Positions 20,141 to 29,129 of a stretch of 64,000 nt of DNA are shown here, in pieces (the stretch's first letter is position 1; the number at the start of each line of letters is the position of its first letter). Source of the DNA: Escherichia phage AV101. The stretch lies in sequence record OQ973471.1; one strand, 5' to 3'. The position numbers and the translations under genes were made by a program. The notes beneath the pieces were generated by a model. It had not been told where the DNA came from. It worked only from the letters and a program-made list of their open reading frames with translations, and searched no databases.

Positions 20141-20706
20141 TTACGTTCTCCGTAGAATTTAACGAACGGCTCCCAACCATCAAATGGATTGAGGAATTCG
20201 TAGTCCACTTTCATTTGGTCAATGAAAGCCTCTATATCGTCCTCTATGATACCAGCACGGTCGGCCTTTGAAATACGGGTGATAGGACATTTCGTACTCA
20301 GCGCCCATTCATATTCCTGAGGGGTACGCAGATCGCTCACGATATAATGGACGTGGGGGTTCTGCTCTACCAGAGGAAGCTGGAAACGCTTGAAGAATGC
20401 CAGGAACAGATCGGGTTGTACGTAACGCAAGCCCGTATCGCTGCCTAGATGAAGCCAGATCTGCCGGGGAGTTAAGCCCTTGGGGTTATCAGGGTGCACG
20501 TAAGGAACGTCCTTCACGGCATCCTCTACCTCCGCTGGCAGCCATGGATAGATGAAGTTGGCAACCCGGCGCAGTTCATCTGAGAACGAAAGGCGCTGGA
20601 TGTCCATATCACCCTGTAGTTGGTGATAGCTGATGAGGGACTCCAAACAGAAGTCCTTGCCGGAACGCTTGCGCCCCGTAAAGAATTCAAGATTTGGGTA
20701 CATCAT
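20137..20706 (-). CDS. deoxynucleoside monophosphate kinase (gp1-like)
   Basis: N-terminal FFTGRKRSGKD P-loop matching T4 gp1 FLSGVKRSGKD; coupled to neighbours. Confidence 0.65.
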   Translation of the reverse strand: MMYPNLEFFTGRKRSGKDFCLESLISYHQLQGDMDIQRLSFSDELRRVANFIYPWLPAEVEDAVKDVPYVHPDNPKGLTPRQIWLHLGSDTGLRYVQPDLFLAFFKRFQLPLVEQNPHVHYIVSDLRTPQEYEWALSTKCPITRISKADRAGIIEDDIEAFIDQMKVDYEFLNPFDGWEPFVKFYGERK

Positions 20707-21749
20707 ACTACACCTTCCAGGAACTTAGGATCAACGATCTTGCGGTCAACCGGAGAATGGGTGAGCGCGGTGTTCAATCCATGATCCTGAATCAGGTCCA
20801 GGTTAATGAGCTTGTTATTCAATTTGCAGTGCAGGCAGTATGCCATCTGCACAATCAGACCGCGATCCGCATCATACTCCTTCAGGAAGGCAACAACAGT
20901 TTCCCAAGGACTACCGAAGTCACAATGAACAAGCACGCCAGTGAACAGATCGCGGATATGGTTCTGGTTGGTCACGTTCGTGAAGTGGATCATGGAGTTG
21001 ATGAACCCAGCTTCTACTTTGGTGTCCTTCGTGATCTTGCCCAGCTGCTTCTGGCTGACTTCATTGTTGTAGTAATGAAGATTGTTGGAGAAGAGCTTGT
21101 ACTGGCCGACGTCAACATCCAACACCCGAGCAATCACTTCCTGAAGAATAGAGAACTCAATGAAGTTGATTGAACTCATACCCCACAGAACATCCTGTGA
21201 GCGATTGATAACCGTCAGGTTCAGGCGACCTTCAACGATGGCGAACAACAGAGCCAGGTTACACACCATGTCCTTGGTCTTTGCTTCGCCACTCTCACTG
21301 AACTTCGCCAGACCAGCATCTGAATCCAGAGCCGGATCATAGATGGTGAGGTACGCCTGGCGAGTGTTTGGATTCTTGCGCAGGCGGTTGATGACGCTAT
21401 CCAGCTGGCCATGGGCGTACAGACGCGGACCATAAGCGGCTCGCCATGTGTGGCCGTTGTCGGAAAAGTTGGCGGCGCGGGGCAACACGCGGGACAGGAA
21501 GCGAACGTCATCGCGCCCGGACAGAACCCAGAAGGTCTCGCCGATGGCGGCGATAGCCGATGAGTTACGACCTTCAACGGATAGCCAGCGGTCACGGATG
21601 TCGGCGACGGTTATGGTCACGCCATCAAGGAAGCGGGTGCTATCAGTATTGATTTCAGCATTACCAGGATCAGATTCGATCCCGAATTCACGGATAGCCA
21701 AGACAGCCTGTTTCAGCATGTCATTGTTGTTTATTGCTTTGATTTCCAT
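20703..21749 (-). CDS. thymidylate-synthase-family pyrimidine hydroxymethylase (gp42-like, divergent)
   Basis: TS-fold motifs: catalytic Cys in DMVCN, NRSQDV matching TS QRSCDV / gp42 MRSNDV; 348 aa, about 100 aa longer than T4 gp42. Confidence 0.7.
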   Translation of the reverse strand: MEIKAINNNDMLKQAVLAIREFGIESDPGNAEINTDSTRFLDGVTITVADIRDRWLSVEGRNSSAIAAIGETFWVLSGRDDVRFLSRVLPRAANFSDNGHTWRAAYGPRLYAHGQLDSVINRLRKNPNTRQAYLTIYDPALDSDAGLAKFSESGEAKTKDMVCNLALLFAIVEGRLNLTVINRSQDVLWGMSSINFIEFSILQEVIARVLDVDVGQYKLFSNNLHYYNNEVSQKQLGKITKDTKVEAGFINSMIHFTNVTNQNHIRDLFTGVLVHCDFGSPWETVVAFLKEYDADRGLIVQMAYCLHCKLNNKLINLDLIQDHGLNTALTHSPVDRKIVDPKFLEGVV

Positions 21750-22408
21750 CAGATACTCCCAAAATCACGACAGAGGAATGCCATCACAGCCTGGTCTACT
21801 GTTAGGCCGTGAGACTTCATCATACCCGCAGCCACCGTAGGGAACAAGTCTTTATGTCGTTGACGATGGTCATGAACTCTCTCCCACTTCTCGACCACCA
21901 GACTTTCATTGAAATCCACACCGCCGTTGCGTGATTTAACGCGGGTGATACACGTTTCAAGAGGAGTGTCCATAAAGAGCACAACCAATTCACGTGGTGG
22001 GCGTGTCAGGCGGGGGATCCAAGAACTCAATAATGTGGATGGAATGATACCTTCGAAAATCACATCATATTTCAAGTATTCTGGTTGGTCAGCAATAGAC
22101 AACGCGAACAACATCTGCTCAGTGTCCTTCAGGGAATCAACCCCCTTGGACTTCGACTTGTCATATTTACCGATACAGACCACGTTGAACGAAGGACAGA
22201 CAGTCAGCATGACCTTGCCGTTATGGGTCACGACATACGCCTGAGGATCCCTCTCCGCCAGCTGAGACGGCACAGTGGATTTACCGCTACCATTGGAGCC
22301 TTTGACGTAGTAGATTTGCCCTCGTGCTGGGTAGATCCCCTTTACGACGGGTGGTTTAAAGAATGTGTGGACGGGGCGCTTCATCAGCCCCTTCAGGGAG
22401 TAGGACAT
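21749..22408 (-). CDS. P-loop kinase, polynucleotide-kinase-like
   Basis: Walker A GSNGSGKST and downstream LFMDTPLETCITRVKSRNGG resembling T4 Pnk kinase domain FDVPWTELVKRNSKRG; no phosphatase domain. Confidence 0.5.
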   Translation of the reverse strand: MSYSLKGLMKRPVHTFFKPPVVKGIYPARGQIYYVKGSNGSGKSTVPSQLAERDPQAYVVTHNGKVMLTVCPSFNVVCIGKYDKSKSKGVDSLKDTEQMLFALSIADQPEYLKYDVIFEGIIPSTLLSSWIPRLTRPPRELVVLFMDTPLETCITRVKSRNGGVDFNESLVVEKWERVHDHRQRHKDLFPTVAAGMMKSHGLTVDQAVMAFLCRDFGSI

Positions 22409-22443
22409 AAACTGCTCCGATAAACAAAAGGAGCTGCTATTAT

Positions 22444-22474
22444 AGCAACCCCTTCATCTATTGAACAGTTTCTG
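22444..22474 (-). promoter_or_regulatory. putative early promoter (TTCAAT ... TGCTATAAT) overlapping 13-bp palindrome TGCTATTATAGCA
   Basis: Minus-strand extended -10 TGCTATAAT; perfect palindrome 22444-22456; sits before the modification operon. Confidence 0.4.
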
Positions 22475-22483
22475 AACTTAAAT

Positions 22484-23323
22484 TTACACAGCTTTCGCTT
22501 CAGCCAGAGCCTGTGGAAGCCATTCATTGATCGCCTTAACCAGAGACTCAGCATCAGACTCTTTGATCTTCTGACGTTTGGTGAAGGACTTGCCGTTCAC
22601 GTACAGACTGAAGCCCCAGCCACCGGAAACGATAGGCGCAACGTCGACATACGTATTGGTGCGGGCGTGAAGGTTTTCAGGGTTAGCCAGTTCGGTGACC
22701 GGGAACTGGAACCAACGCATGTCTGGGTTCACGTAGCTCAGGAACACGCCGGGGACAACACCAGCTTCAATCGCCGCCAAGACCGGACCGTGATTAGAAG
22801 CGCGAGCCACGTCAACCATTTCCTCACGTTTGGTGTGACGGCGTTTACGCTCTACCAGCGCCGCCTGCGGGGTCAGGGTCTTACCCTTCGATGCTTCTTT
22901 CAGCATAGAAGACGCCAAGGAACCGATTTTCGCGTCGGACGGCTGATTGCCTTCTTCCAGCGCCGCGTTGACTGCATCTTTAACTGCGTCTACCGGGGCG
23001 TCGGACACTACTGGGGCTTCACATGCATCGGCAGAGATCGGTGCTTCAGCATCAACGGTTTCAGCGACTTTCAGGGATACTTCAGCTTGGGCTTGCTCTT
23101 GGGCTTGCGCCAGAGCCTGCTGAGTTTCTTCCTTCTCTTCGGCGCTCAGACCTTCAATCAGTTCGAAGCCGTTGGCAGCCTGAAGAACACCTTCAACCAT
23201 ACGGCGCAGGGTAACGTTTCCGATGATCAGACCTGCTTCTTTGATTTCAGCCTGGATAGCCGCAACGTCTTTGCCTTCAATTTCAATTTTGGTTCCAGAA
23301 TCCACATGAAGAATATATGACAT
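22484..23323 (-). CDS. hypothetical protein with Ala/Glu-rich linker
   Basis: 279 aa; low-complexity acidic middle; no identified motif. Confidence 0.4.
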   Translation of the reverse strand: MSYILHVDSGTKIEIEGKDVAAIQAEIKEAGLIIGNVTLRRMVEGVLQAANGFELIEGLSAEEKEETQQALAQAQEQAQAEVSLKVAETVDAEAPISADACEAPVVSDAPVDAVKDAVNAALEEGNQPSDAKIGSLASSMLKEASKGKTLTPQAALVERKRRHTKREEMVDVARASNHGPVLAAIEAGVVPGVFLSYVNPDMRWFQFPVTELANPENLHARTNTYVDVAPIVSGGWGFSLYVNGKSFTKRQKIKESDAESLVKAINEWLPQALAEAKAV

Positions 23324-23512
23324 AATAAAAACCCTTTCGTTATTAAGACCGTATCCGCAGCATATTGTTGTTCTGACTGTGTAGTGAGAACATAATATAC
23401 TGCATTTTCATAGATGTAAACTACTTTTTATTGAAAAGAAAGTTAACACCTTAGTGTTATAAGGTGCGCGACCAAGCGGAGCGCGAACTTGCGTGAATAT
23501 TAACTTTCTACG

Positions 23513-23788
23513 TCAATATAGAAAAACCATTTCCGGTGGCCAACAATTTGTTAGCTCGACTTTTGCGAACCGTGGTTGGCAGTACGCATCAACCGACTCA
23601 TCAAACAGACAGTGTTCTACATTTGCAATCATCAGATCATCATCCACCACTTCAACAGAATGGACAATGATCTTGTGGTCATACGTCAGGCAACCGTCTA
23701 AATGCATGTTGTCAGCGCGGAGGTGTTGCATGATGAAATACTCTATGATCGACTCAAGGACAGTCGTCAGCTTCAGATAACGTTTCAT
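23513..23788 (-). CDS. hypothetical protein
   Basis: ATG at 23788 after GAGAGG RBS; overlaps a plus-strand ORF judged less likely. Confidence 0.3.
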   Translation of the reverse strand: MKRYLKLTTVLESIIEYFIMQHLRADNMHLDGCLTYDHKIIVHSVEVVDDDLMIANVEHCLFDESVDAYCQPRFAKVELTNCWPPEMVFLY

Positions 23789-23808
23789 ACACACCTCTCA
23801 CAGTGGAG

Positions 23809-24558
23809 TTATTTGGACAGATAGAAGTTTGGAACTTCAGGGAAATGCTCTGGTAGATATCCCACCAGAACATCCTGTTTCACCTTCCCTTCGATATCTT
23901 CGCGGATACGACGAATCACATCTTCCTGTTGTTCTGCTGCCATCACTTCTTCCATGGCTGAGTACAAGTTTTCTAGAATGACACCTACGTAGTTGTGGAT
24001 GGCACGACAGGAGTTCTGATCATACTCCATATCCGGATGAATCGCCAGGTCGACCTGATCACGCCCTACCAGCAGATGTCCAGACACCAGATTTATCGGG
24101 TATTTGAATACTTCACTAGATTTGACAGCAACTCCGTCGGCTTGCTCCAGCAGGAATTCGGTTTCAGAGAAGCGTTCAAGTAGTTCCGATGGGAATACCA
24201 TATCGAGATTCTGACGCTTGCGACCAAAGAAGTATAGACAATGCGCCAGCTTCAGGCAAGCCTCTGTCGCCATCTTCATATGCGCTTTGGCATGTTCATA
24301 TCCAGCGATCACATCACGGACATAATCGTACAGGTCGGCATGACCAAAACGAATGTCTTCGCTGAACTGAATTGCGGTTTCGCTGTCTTCTTTCAGACCC
24401 AGCACGTCGAAGATATTGTGTTCACGGACAGATCTGCCGTTTCGATCGAAACCCAGAACGCAACCGACTTCGAATCCACTCTTTTCAAAATTTGGGAGTT
24501 TCATATCAAGGCGAGCTGGGGTAAACTCTAACCCGAACATACGATAAATTTGTGACAT
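23809..24558 (-). CDS. hypothetical protein
   Basis: 249 aa; GAGG RBS. Confidence 0.45.
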   Translation of the reverse strand: MSQIYRMFGLEFTPARLDMKLPNFEKSGFEVGCVLGFDRNGRSVREHNIFDVLGLKEDSETAIQFSEDIRFGHADLYDYVRDVIAGYEHAKAHMKMATEACLKLAHCLYFFGRKRQNLDMVFPSELLERFSETEFLLEQADGVAVKSSEVFKYPINLVSGHLLVGRDQVDLAIHPDMEYDQNSCRAIHNYVGVILENLYSAMEEVMAAEQQEDVIRRIREDIEGKVKQDVLVGYLPEHFPEVPNFYLSK

Positions 24559-24620
24559 GTTATAGCCTCATCATTTAGGATTACCTGTTCACGAATTATC
24601 CCTCGGAACGGGTTATAGAA

Positions 24621-25325
24621 CTATTTCTTCTTATGCATACGACGTGCATCTTTCCACACAGACATCTGGCTCTGTTTCTGGAAGCGGGCAGTGCGCATGA
24701 AGAGAACGATCTCCCAGTACTGTGGCTCAATCTCGTAAAGCTGTGAACGGAACTGATCGGCGCGGTACAGCTTCACACAGTGATTGTACAGCGGATGGTT
24801 GGCGAAGCGCTTCAGGGCTTCCCAGGTGAGCTTCAGACGCGTCTTTGAGCGGTATGCCCGTTCGTTACGCAACTTGATCAGATCCTCAAACACCAACAGC
24901 CTGAGCTTCGGTGGCAGGTAGTGCATGTTGAGTCCCCAGAGGTATGTCACACCCTTCTCTCCAAAGGTGATACCATCACCCTTGACAAAGTTGAAGAAGA
25001 ACACCAGAGGGTACATATCCCAGTAGGGTAGTTCATTCTTCGTCAGAGCATCATATTTGAAATAGAACATACGCCCGACTATATACCGCACACCTTGTAC
25101 CGGACGTTTATGATCAGCGAATGCCTGTTTCATATGGTTGGGGCTCAGGTTGGCGTCCTTAGACACACGCTCCATGAACCACACATGCGAACGGCGGATG
25201 TTACGCTTCGCCTCTGGGCCGAAGTGTTGACGGTACTTGCGGATGTAACGCTTGACCAGCTCGGGGGCGTCCATCTCGGCCGGAAACAGCAACGGATCTT
25301 CTTCGCCAGCTGCATTCTTTGCCAT
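24621..25325 (-). CDS. hypothetical basic protein
   Basis: 234 aa, Lys/Arg-rich; AGGAG RBS; divergent from gp54-like gene. Confidence 0.45.
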   Translation of the reverse strand: MAKNAAGEEDPLLFPAEMDAPELVKRYIRKYRQHFGPEAKRNIRRSHVWFMERVSKDANLSPNHMKQAFADHKRPVQGVRYIVGRMFYFKYDALTKNELPYWDMYPLVFFFNFVKGDGITFGEKGVTYLWGLNMHYLPPKLRLLVFEDLIKLRNERAYRSKTRLKLTWEALKRFANHPLYNHCVKLYRADQFRSQLYEIEPQYWEIVLFMRTARFQKQSQMSVWKDARRMHKKK

Positions 25326-25336
25326 TTGTCAACTCC

Positions 25337-25344
25337 TATAAATA
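25337..25344 (+). promoter_or_regulatory. T4-type late promoter motif TATAAATA upstream of gp54-like gene
   Basis: Exact TATAAATA 35 nt before start codon. Confidence 0.55.
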
Positions 25345-25378
25345 ATAACAGTTATTTTATTTAAGTGGAGTCCTCATC

Positions 25379-26323
25379 GTGGAAGACTATCGCAATTTTA
25401 TCACACAGATGTTACATCGGGGCTTGTCGCGCAAAAACCGCTTCAGAGTGACCATCCCTCTACCACCAGGGATCTTTGACTCCAATGCCACTCTGGCTAA
25501 TGACGGAAAGGCGTACAGAACCAATTCATCTTTTGGTGACTTGTTTAAGCAGTCAGCCCGTATTGTAAACGCTTTCTTTGGAGGGACAAACCAGACGTCC
25601 CGTTCCCTTCAGATGATGTGTATGGTTGCCTCATTGCCAGGGGTTGGTATCGACACCACTCCAATGACAAGCAACGGTAATCACATCAAGATGCCGAACA
25701 ACAAGTCCAACGTCGACCTCGACTTGTCATTCTTATTAGCCAATGACTATTATGAGAAGTCTGTGATGGACAAGTGGAAGAGTCTGATCTTTGATCCACA
25801 CACCACCAAAATGGGATATTACGAAGACTTCGTGACTGACATATGCATTGAACAGCTTGATACCGAAGATCAAGTGGTCCACCGCGTCTACATCGTCGAG
25901 GCTCACCCAATAAATTTCAGTTCTATTGAGCTGGATAAAGGTGCCACAGACCAGTTCAACCAGTACAACATTTCTTTCTCTTACAACAAAGTGCTTTCGG
26001 AGACAGAATATGAAACACGCAGCCTTTCCAGCGATTTTCTTCCTCTCGGCATTGCTGACGCTCTTACCAGTGGTGACTGGGAAACTGCGGCCTCAAAAGC
26101 CGGACAACTTTATCGCAAGGTGAAAGAAGGGAACTTCACAGGAGAGGCTCTCCTGGCTTACAAACAGCTTGACCAACTTGTAAACAACCTGGCTGGGATA
26201 AGCATACAGGACTTCGAGCGCATCTCGGTAGGTATCTCTCGTGACATCATGGGTAACGATAACCTGACGGCGGCGGAGAAGACAAGCCTGTTGGGGTTAT
26301 TGAAAGACGTGATGGGAAAATAA
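25379..26323 (+). CDS. baseplate tail-tube initiator (gp54-like)
   Basis: N-terminus and tube-fold C-terminal strands resemble T4 gp54 as recalled; GTG start with GGAG RBS; TATAAATA at 25337-25344. Confidence 0.5.
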   Translation: MEDYRNFITQMLHRGLSRKNRFRVTIPLPPGIFDSNATLANDGKAYRTNSSFGDLFKQSARIVNAFFGGTNQTSRSLQMMCMVASLPGVGIDTTPMTSNGNHIKMPNNKSNVDLDLSFLLANDYYEKSVMDKWKSLIFDPHTTKMGYYEDFVTDICIEQLDTEDQVVHRVYIVEAHPINFSSIELDKGATDQFNQYNISFSYNKVLSETEYETRSLSSDFLPLGIADALTSGDWETAASKAGQLYRKVKEGNFTGEALLAYKQLDQLVNNLAGISIQDFERISVGISRDIMGNDNLTAAEKTSLLGLLKDVMGK

Positions 26324-26325
26324 AA

Positions 26326-26343
26326 AGCCATCCGAAGATGGCT
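26326..26343. terminator. bidirectional terminator hairpin between convergent gp54-like and gp32 genes
   Basis: Stem AGCCATC/GATGGCT, 4-nt loop, A-run on one side and T-rich on the other. Confidence 0.55.
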
Positions 26344-26349
26344 TGTTGA

Positions 26350-27360
26350 TCAGTTAGACTTGAGATACTGCTCGAATTCGTCAATGGAAGCCGTGTTTCT
26401 GGCATTCGGTTGAGCCTGAGCCTGAGACGGCGCGGCCTGTTGCTGTTTCAGGCTATCTTGAGCAGTTGGCTGATGCGTAGTCTGGGTGCTAGGAGCATGA
26501 GCCATCGTGGCTGCACCACCTTCAACCAGAGGCTGGTCATCAGGGATTGCCAGAACTTTGCGCAGGCGCTTTTCCAGGGAGTCGTAGTCTTTGAAGTTAG
26601 CCGGATTGAAGAATTCAAACAGGCTGTGCTCGCGAGACCAGACGTCTTCCATATACGCTTCGTCATCACTCAGCGGGGCAGGGTTCTCCCACACCACCTT
26701 ACTGAAGTTTGCCACCAGACCTTCCCAGTTCCCAAACTTCTTCTGCTCGCCAAAGAGCTTCAGGTTCAGGTTGGCACCTTCCCACAGATCGAACGGATCG
26801 AATTTAGGGTCGGTTGGGAACTTAGGATTCTGCGCCTGATCCAGGATTTTCTTGATGGCGTTACCAAATTCCAGCAGGAAGACCTTGCCGTTGTTTTCCG
26901 GTACGTTGACATCTTTGATCACCAGAATGTTAGCGTAGTATTTGGTGTCGGGTAGACGTTTCTTCAGGATGTCCTTCAGCTTTTCGTCGTTCGTTTCTTT
27001 CTGCTGCGCCCACAGCGGACGGTCATGGTCGCGCACCGGATCGTCGTTACCGAACGTCTGAGGTGAGTTCTCAATATACCAACCACCAGGTCCCTGGAAC
27101 TGATGCTTCATGATCATGGCACAAGGGGTAAGGATCTGATCTTTATCGATCGTTCCTTCTTCCTGTGCCTTGAGGTCTACCAGCGGGACTGGCAGGAAGC
27201 GGATGATGTTCTCAGAGATACCATCTTTGTTCCAAGTCCATTTCCAGATGCGAGGATCCTTCTGGAAACCGGACTTCTGGCCTTGCTGTGCAAGACGAGC
27301 CTGCATTGCTTCAGTTTGCTGGCCGCGAGACGCTTTCAGACGATCGAATAAATTACCCAT
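26350..27360 (-). CDS. single-stranded DNA-binding protein gp32
   Basis: IRFLP, YYANILVIKD, PENNGKVF, WEGANLNLK match T4 gp32 core; acidic/Gln-rich C-terminal tail. Confidence 0.85.
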   Translation of the reverse strand: MGNLFDRLKASRGQQTEAMQARLAQQGQKSGFQKDPRIWKWTWNKDGISENIIRFLPVPLVDLKAQEEGTIDKDQILTPCAMIMKHQFQGPGGWYIENSPQTFGNDDPVRDHDRPLWAQQKETNDEKLKDILKKRLPDTKYYANILVIKDVNVPENNGKVFLLEFGNAIKKILDQAQNPKFPTDPKFDPFDLWEGANLNLKLFGEQKKFGNWEGLVANFSKVVWENPAPLSDDEAYMEDVWSREHSLFEFFNPANFKDYDSLEKRLRKVLAIPDDQPLVEGGAATMAHAPSTQTTHQPTAQDSLKQQQAAPSQAQAQPNARNTASIDEFEQYLKSN

Positions 27361-27428
27361 TTCTTAATTTCCTCTGTTTCCGCCCCTCAGGGCTATTCTG
27401 TTACATGTATTTTCAGTTTGCTACAAAG

Positions 27429-27446
27429 CGGGGTAATTATACCCCG
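27429..27446 (-). repeat. third copy of CGGGGTAAT(T/C)ATACCCCG hairpin in gp32 leader region
   Basis: CGGGGTA-ATTA-TACCCCG between upstream gene and gp32. Confidence 0.5.
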
Positions 27447-27459
27447 ATCTTACATTGAA

Positions 27460-27699
27460 TTAACCTTTAAGCACTTGATTTGCTGGGTCAATTTCAATAA
27501 TGTCGAACACGTCCGAAAACGTCTTCTTGCCTTCGTCGTGCGTGTGATACTCAACGACATATGAGCGACCATCAGGGGTAACGTAACGAATACGATCCGT
27601 CTGGTCGGCATTCTCGTTCAGACTACCCACACGCCAGCGCATTGCGCCAGGAAGAAACTCGGCAGCTTTCATTGCGCTGTAAATTGATTCTTTGCTCAT
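27460..27699 (-). CDS. hypothetical protein
   Basis: 79 aa. Confidence 0.4.
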   Translation of the reverse strand: MSKESIYSAMKAAEFLPGAMRWRVGSLNENADQTDRIRYVTPDGRSYVVEYHTHDEGKKTFSDVFDIIEIDPANQVLKG

Positions 27700-27706
27700 A
27701 ATAGAC

Positions 27707-27952
27707 CTACACTAATTTCTTAGACTTTAGCGCGTCTTTGATCAGGCGCGCATCGGAGCACTCAGCTGTCAGTCGTGACAACAATGGTGCTGTAATCATC
27801 TTTTTGACTTTGGTCTCGTCTATGTCGTTCTCTTCACAGACAGCTGCCAGAGTCTCAAGGATACTATCCTTGGTTTGGGCGGCGCGTAGTAGGACGATTT
27901 CAGAAAATAATTCTGGTGTCATCACAAGCGCTGGCTGTTTTTCGTCAGACAT
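27707..27952 (-). CDS. hypothetical protein
   Basis: 81 aa; overlaps upstream gene end. Confidence 0.4.
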   Translation of the reverse strand: MSDEKQPALVMTPELFSEIVLLRAAQTKDSILETLAAVCEENDIDETKVKKMITAPLLSRLTAECSDARLIKDALKSKKLV

Positions 27953-28190
27953 CGATTGTGTTCCCCTTACCCGAACCCTTCTTTATCGTACGCAAGACGT
28001 CCTTGAAGCCGTCTGGAGCTGATTGTGGTCCCTTCACCCCAGAGACAATCTTGGGAGCACCCACGATCATTTTAATCTCCCCTCCGCACTCAGTGCAGGG
28101 GTTGGATTCAGGCTCATGGCGATCTGCAATAGATTTACGCAGTGTCATCGCGTTACCACAGCCCTTGCATTGATAATCATACAGCGGCAT
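27945..28190 (-). CDS. zinc-ribbon protein
   Basis: CKGCG...CTECGG two CxxC pairs. Confidence 0.45.
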   Translation of the reverse strand: MPLYDYQCKGCGNAMTLRKSIADRHEPESNPCTECGGEIKMIVGAPKIVSGVKGPQSAPDGFKDVLRTIKKGSGKGNTIDV

Positions 28191-28491
28191 GGAACACCCC
28201 CACGGTTGTCAGCACGAAACGAACCATAATGATAACCAGCAACATCACTGTAGAAAACACTACACGCTTGATCATTTTATCGCGCATGTGGATGAACTGA
28301 TATGAGAGGATAGCCTCGGCCTGTTGATCGGCACGAACGTTCGTGTCACGATGTGGGGACAGTGTGTAGAAGTTGATCTGGTACACATACGCATGAACCA
28401 GAGTGAAGAACGACTTCACCCAGACCAAGACAACCACTAACAACAAAGCGAACGTCAGGAAGTTCGCCAACAACCAATAATCGACCATCAT
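28177..28491 (-). CDS. membrane protein
   Basis: Three hydrophobic helices; 104 aa. Confidence 0.4.
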   Translation of the reverse strand: MMVDYWLLANFLTFALLLVVVLVWVKSFFTLVHAYVYQINFYTLSPHRDTNVRADQQAEAILSYQFIHMRDKMIKRVVFSTVMLLVIIMVRFVLTTVGVFHAAV

Positions 28492-29078
28492 ATACCTCTG
28501 TTGAAGTCTGGATTATTCTCAATGAAGTAAGAGCCACAAGCCATTATCGCAAACGAATCCACGAGGTCATCGATTGGCTTGGGATCCTTAACTTCCAACA
28601 TATCCATTATACCGCGCATGCTAACATTGAACAGTGACTCGAAGTGAGCGATCATGGCATGTTTATCCGCGTTGCCCTTGTCGGTGAACATCTTCTTCAC
28701 GTGTGATGGCGTGACGATCTGGAAGTCGAAATTGTTACGGCGCAGGGCTTGCTTCAACAGTGAGGTATTCTCTGCGGTCTGGCATATGTTGTTGGAGTTC
28801 TTAGAGTTACCCATAGCATACCCTTCAAGAGTGATCGCATCCGGCTTCTCAGTCAACAGGACAGCCTCAGCCCATTTACAGATGTTATAGAAGCGTTCTT
28901 CTGGGGTCTCCCATTTCGGTTGCTTCATGATAAGGATGTTCTGACGAATCTGAGTGCAGTACTTCTCCACAGTATAATATGCGTAGAAGCGCAGATGATC
29001 AAAATCAAGAGGGTCTTTATCATCCCAGAAGCACAGGGATGGACAGCCATAGGAGTAGTCGATTCCGCAATATTTCAT
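28488..29078 (-). CDS. RuvC-like Holliday junction resolvase, tentative
   Basis: N-terminal CGIDYS, central ITLEGYAMG, C-terminal DDLVDSFAIMACG resembling RuvC catalytic acidic residues. Confidence 0.4.
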   Translation of the reverse strand: MKYCGIDYSYGCPSLCFWDDKDPLDFDHLRFYAYYTVEKYCTQIRQNILIMKQPKWETPEERFYNICKWAEAVLLTEKPDAITLEGYAMGNSKNSNNICQTAENTSLLKQALRRNNFDFQIVTPSHVKKMFTDKGNADKHAMIAHFESLFNVSMRGIMDMLEVKDPKPIDDLVDSFAIMACGSYFIENNPDFNRGI

Positions 29079-29129
29079 GTAAATAGCCCATAACGAAGTT
29101 TCATTGGTGTATGGGCTATTTACGCCGGG

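Noticed and set aside
22667-23320. 217-aa plus-strand ORF
   Set aside because: Antisense to the 279-aa minus-strand gene that fits the operon layout.
24621-25325. KGDG motif in the 234-aa protein as a ligase KxDG adenylation site
   Set aside because: Isolated tetrapeptide without the other nucleotidyltransferase motifs; likely coincidence.
28140-28201. Apparent single-nucleotide frame inconsistency between my manual codon reading and the ORF track (27945-28190 and 28177-28491)
   Set aside because: The ORF track reads through cleanly and the two offsets cancel, so this is most likely my transcription error, not a real frameshift.
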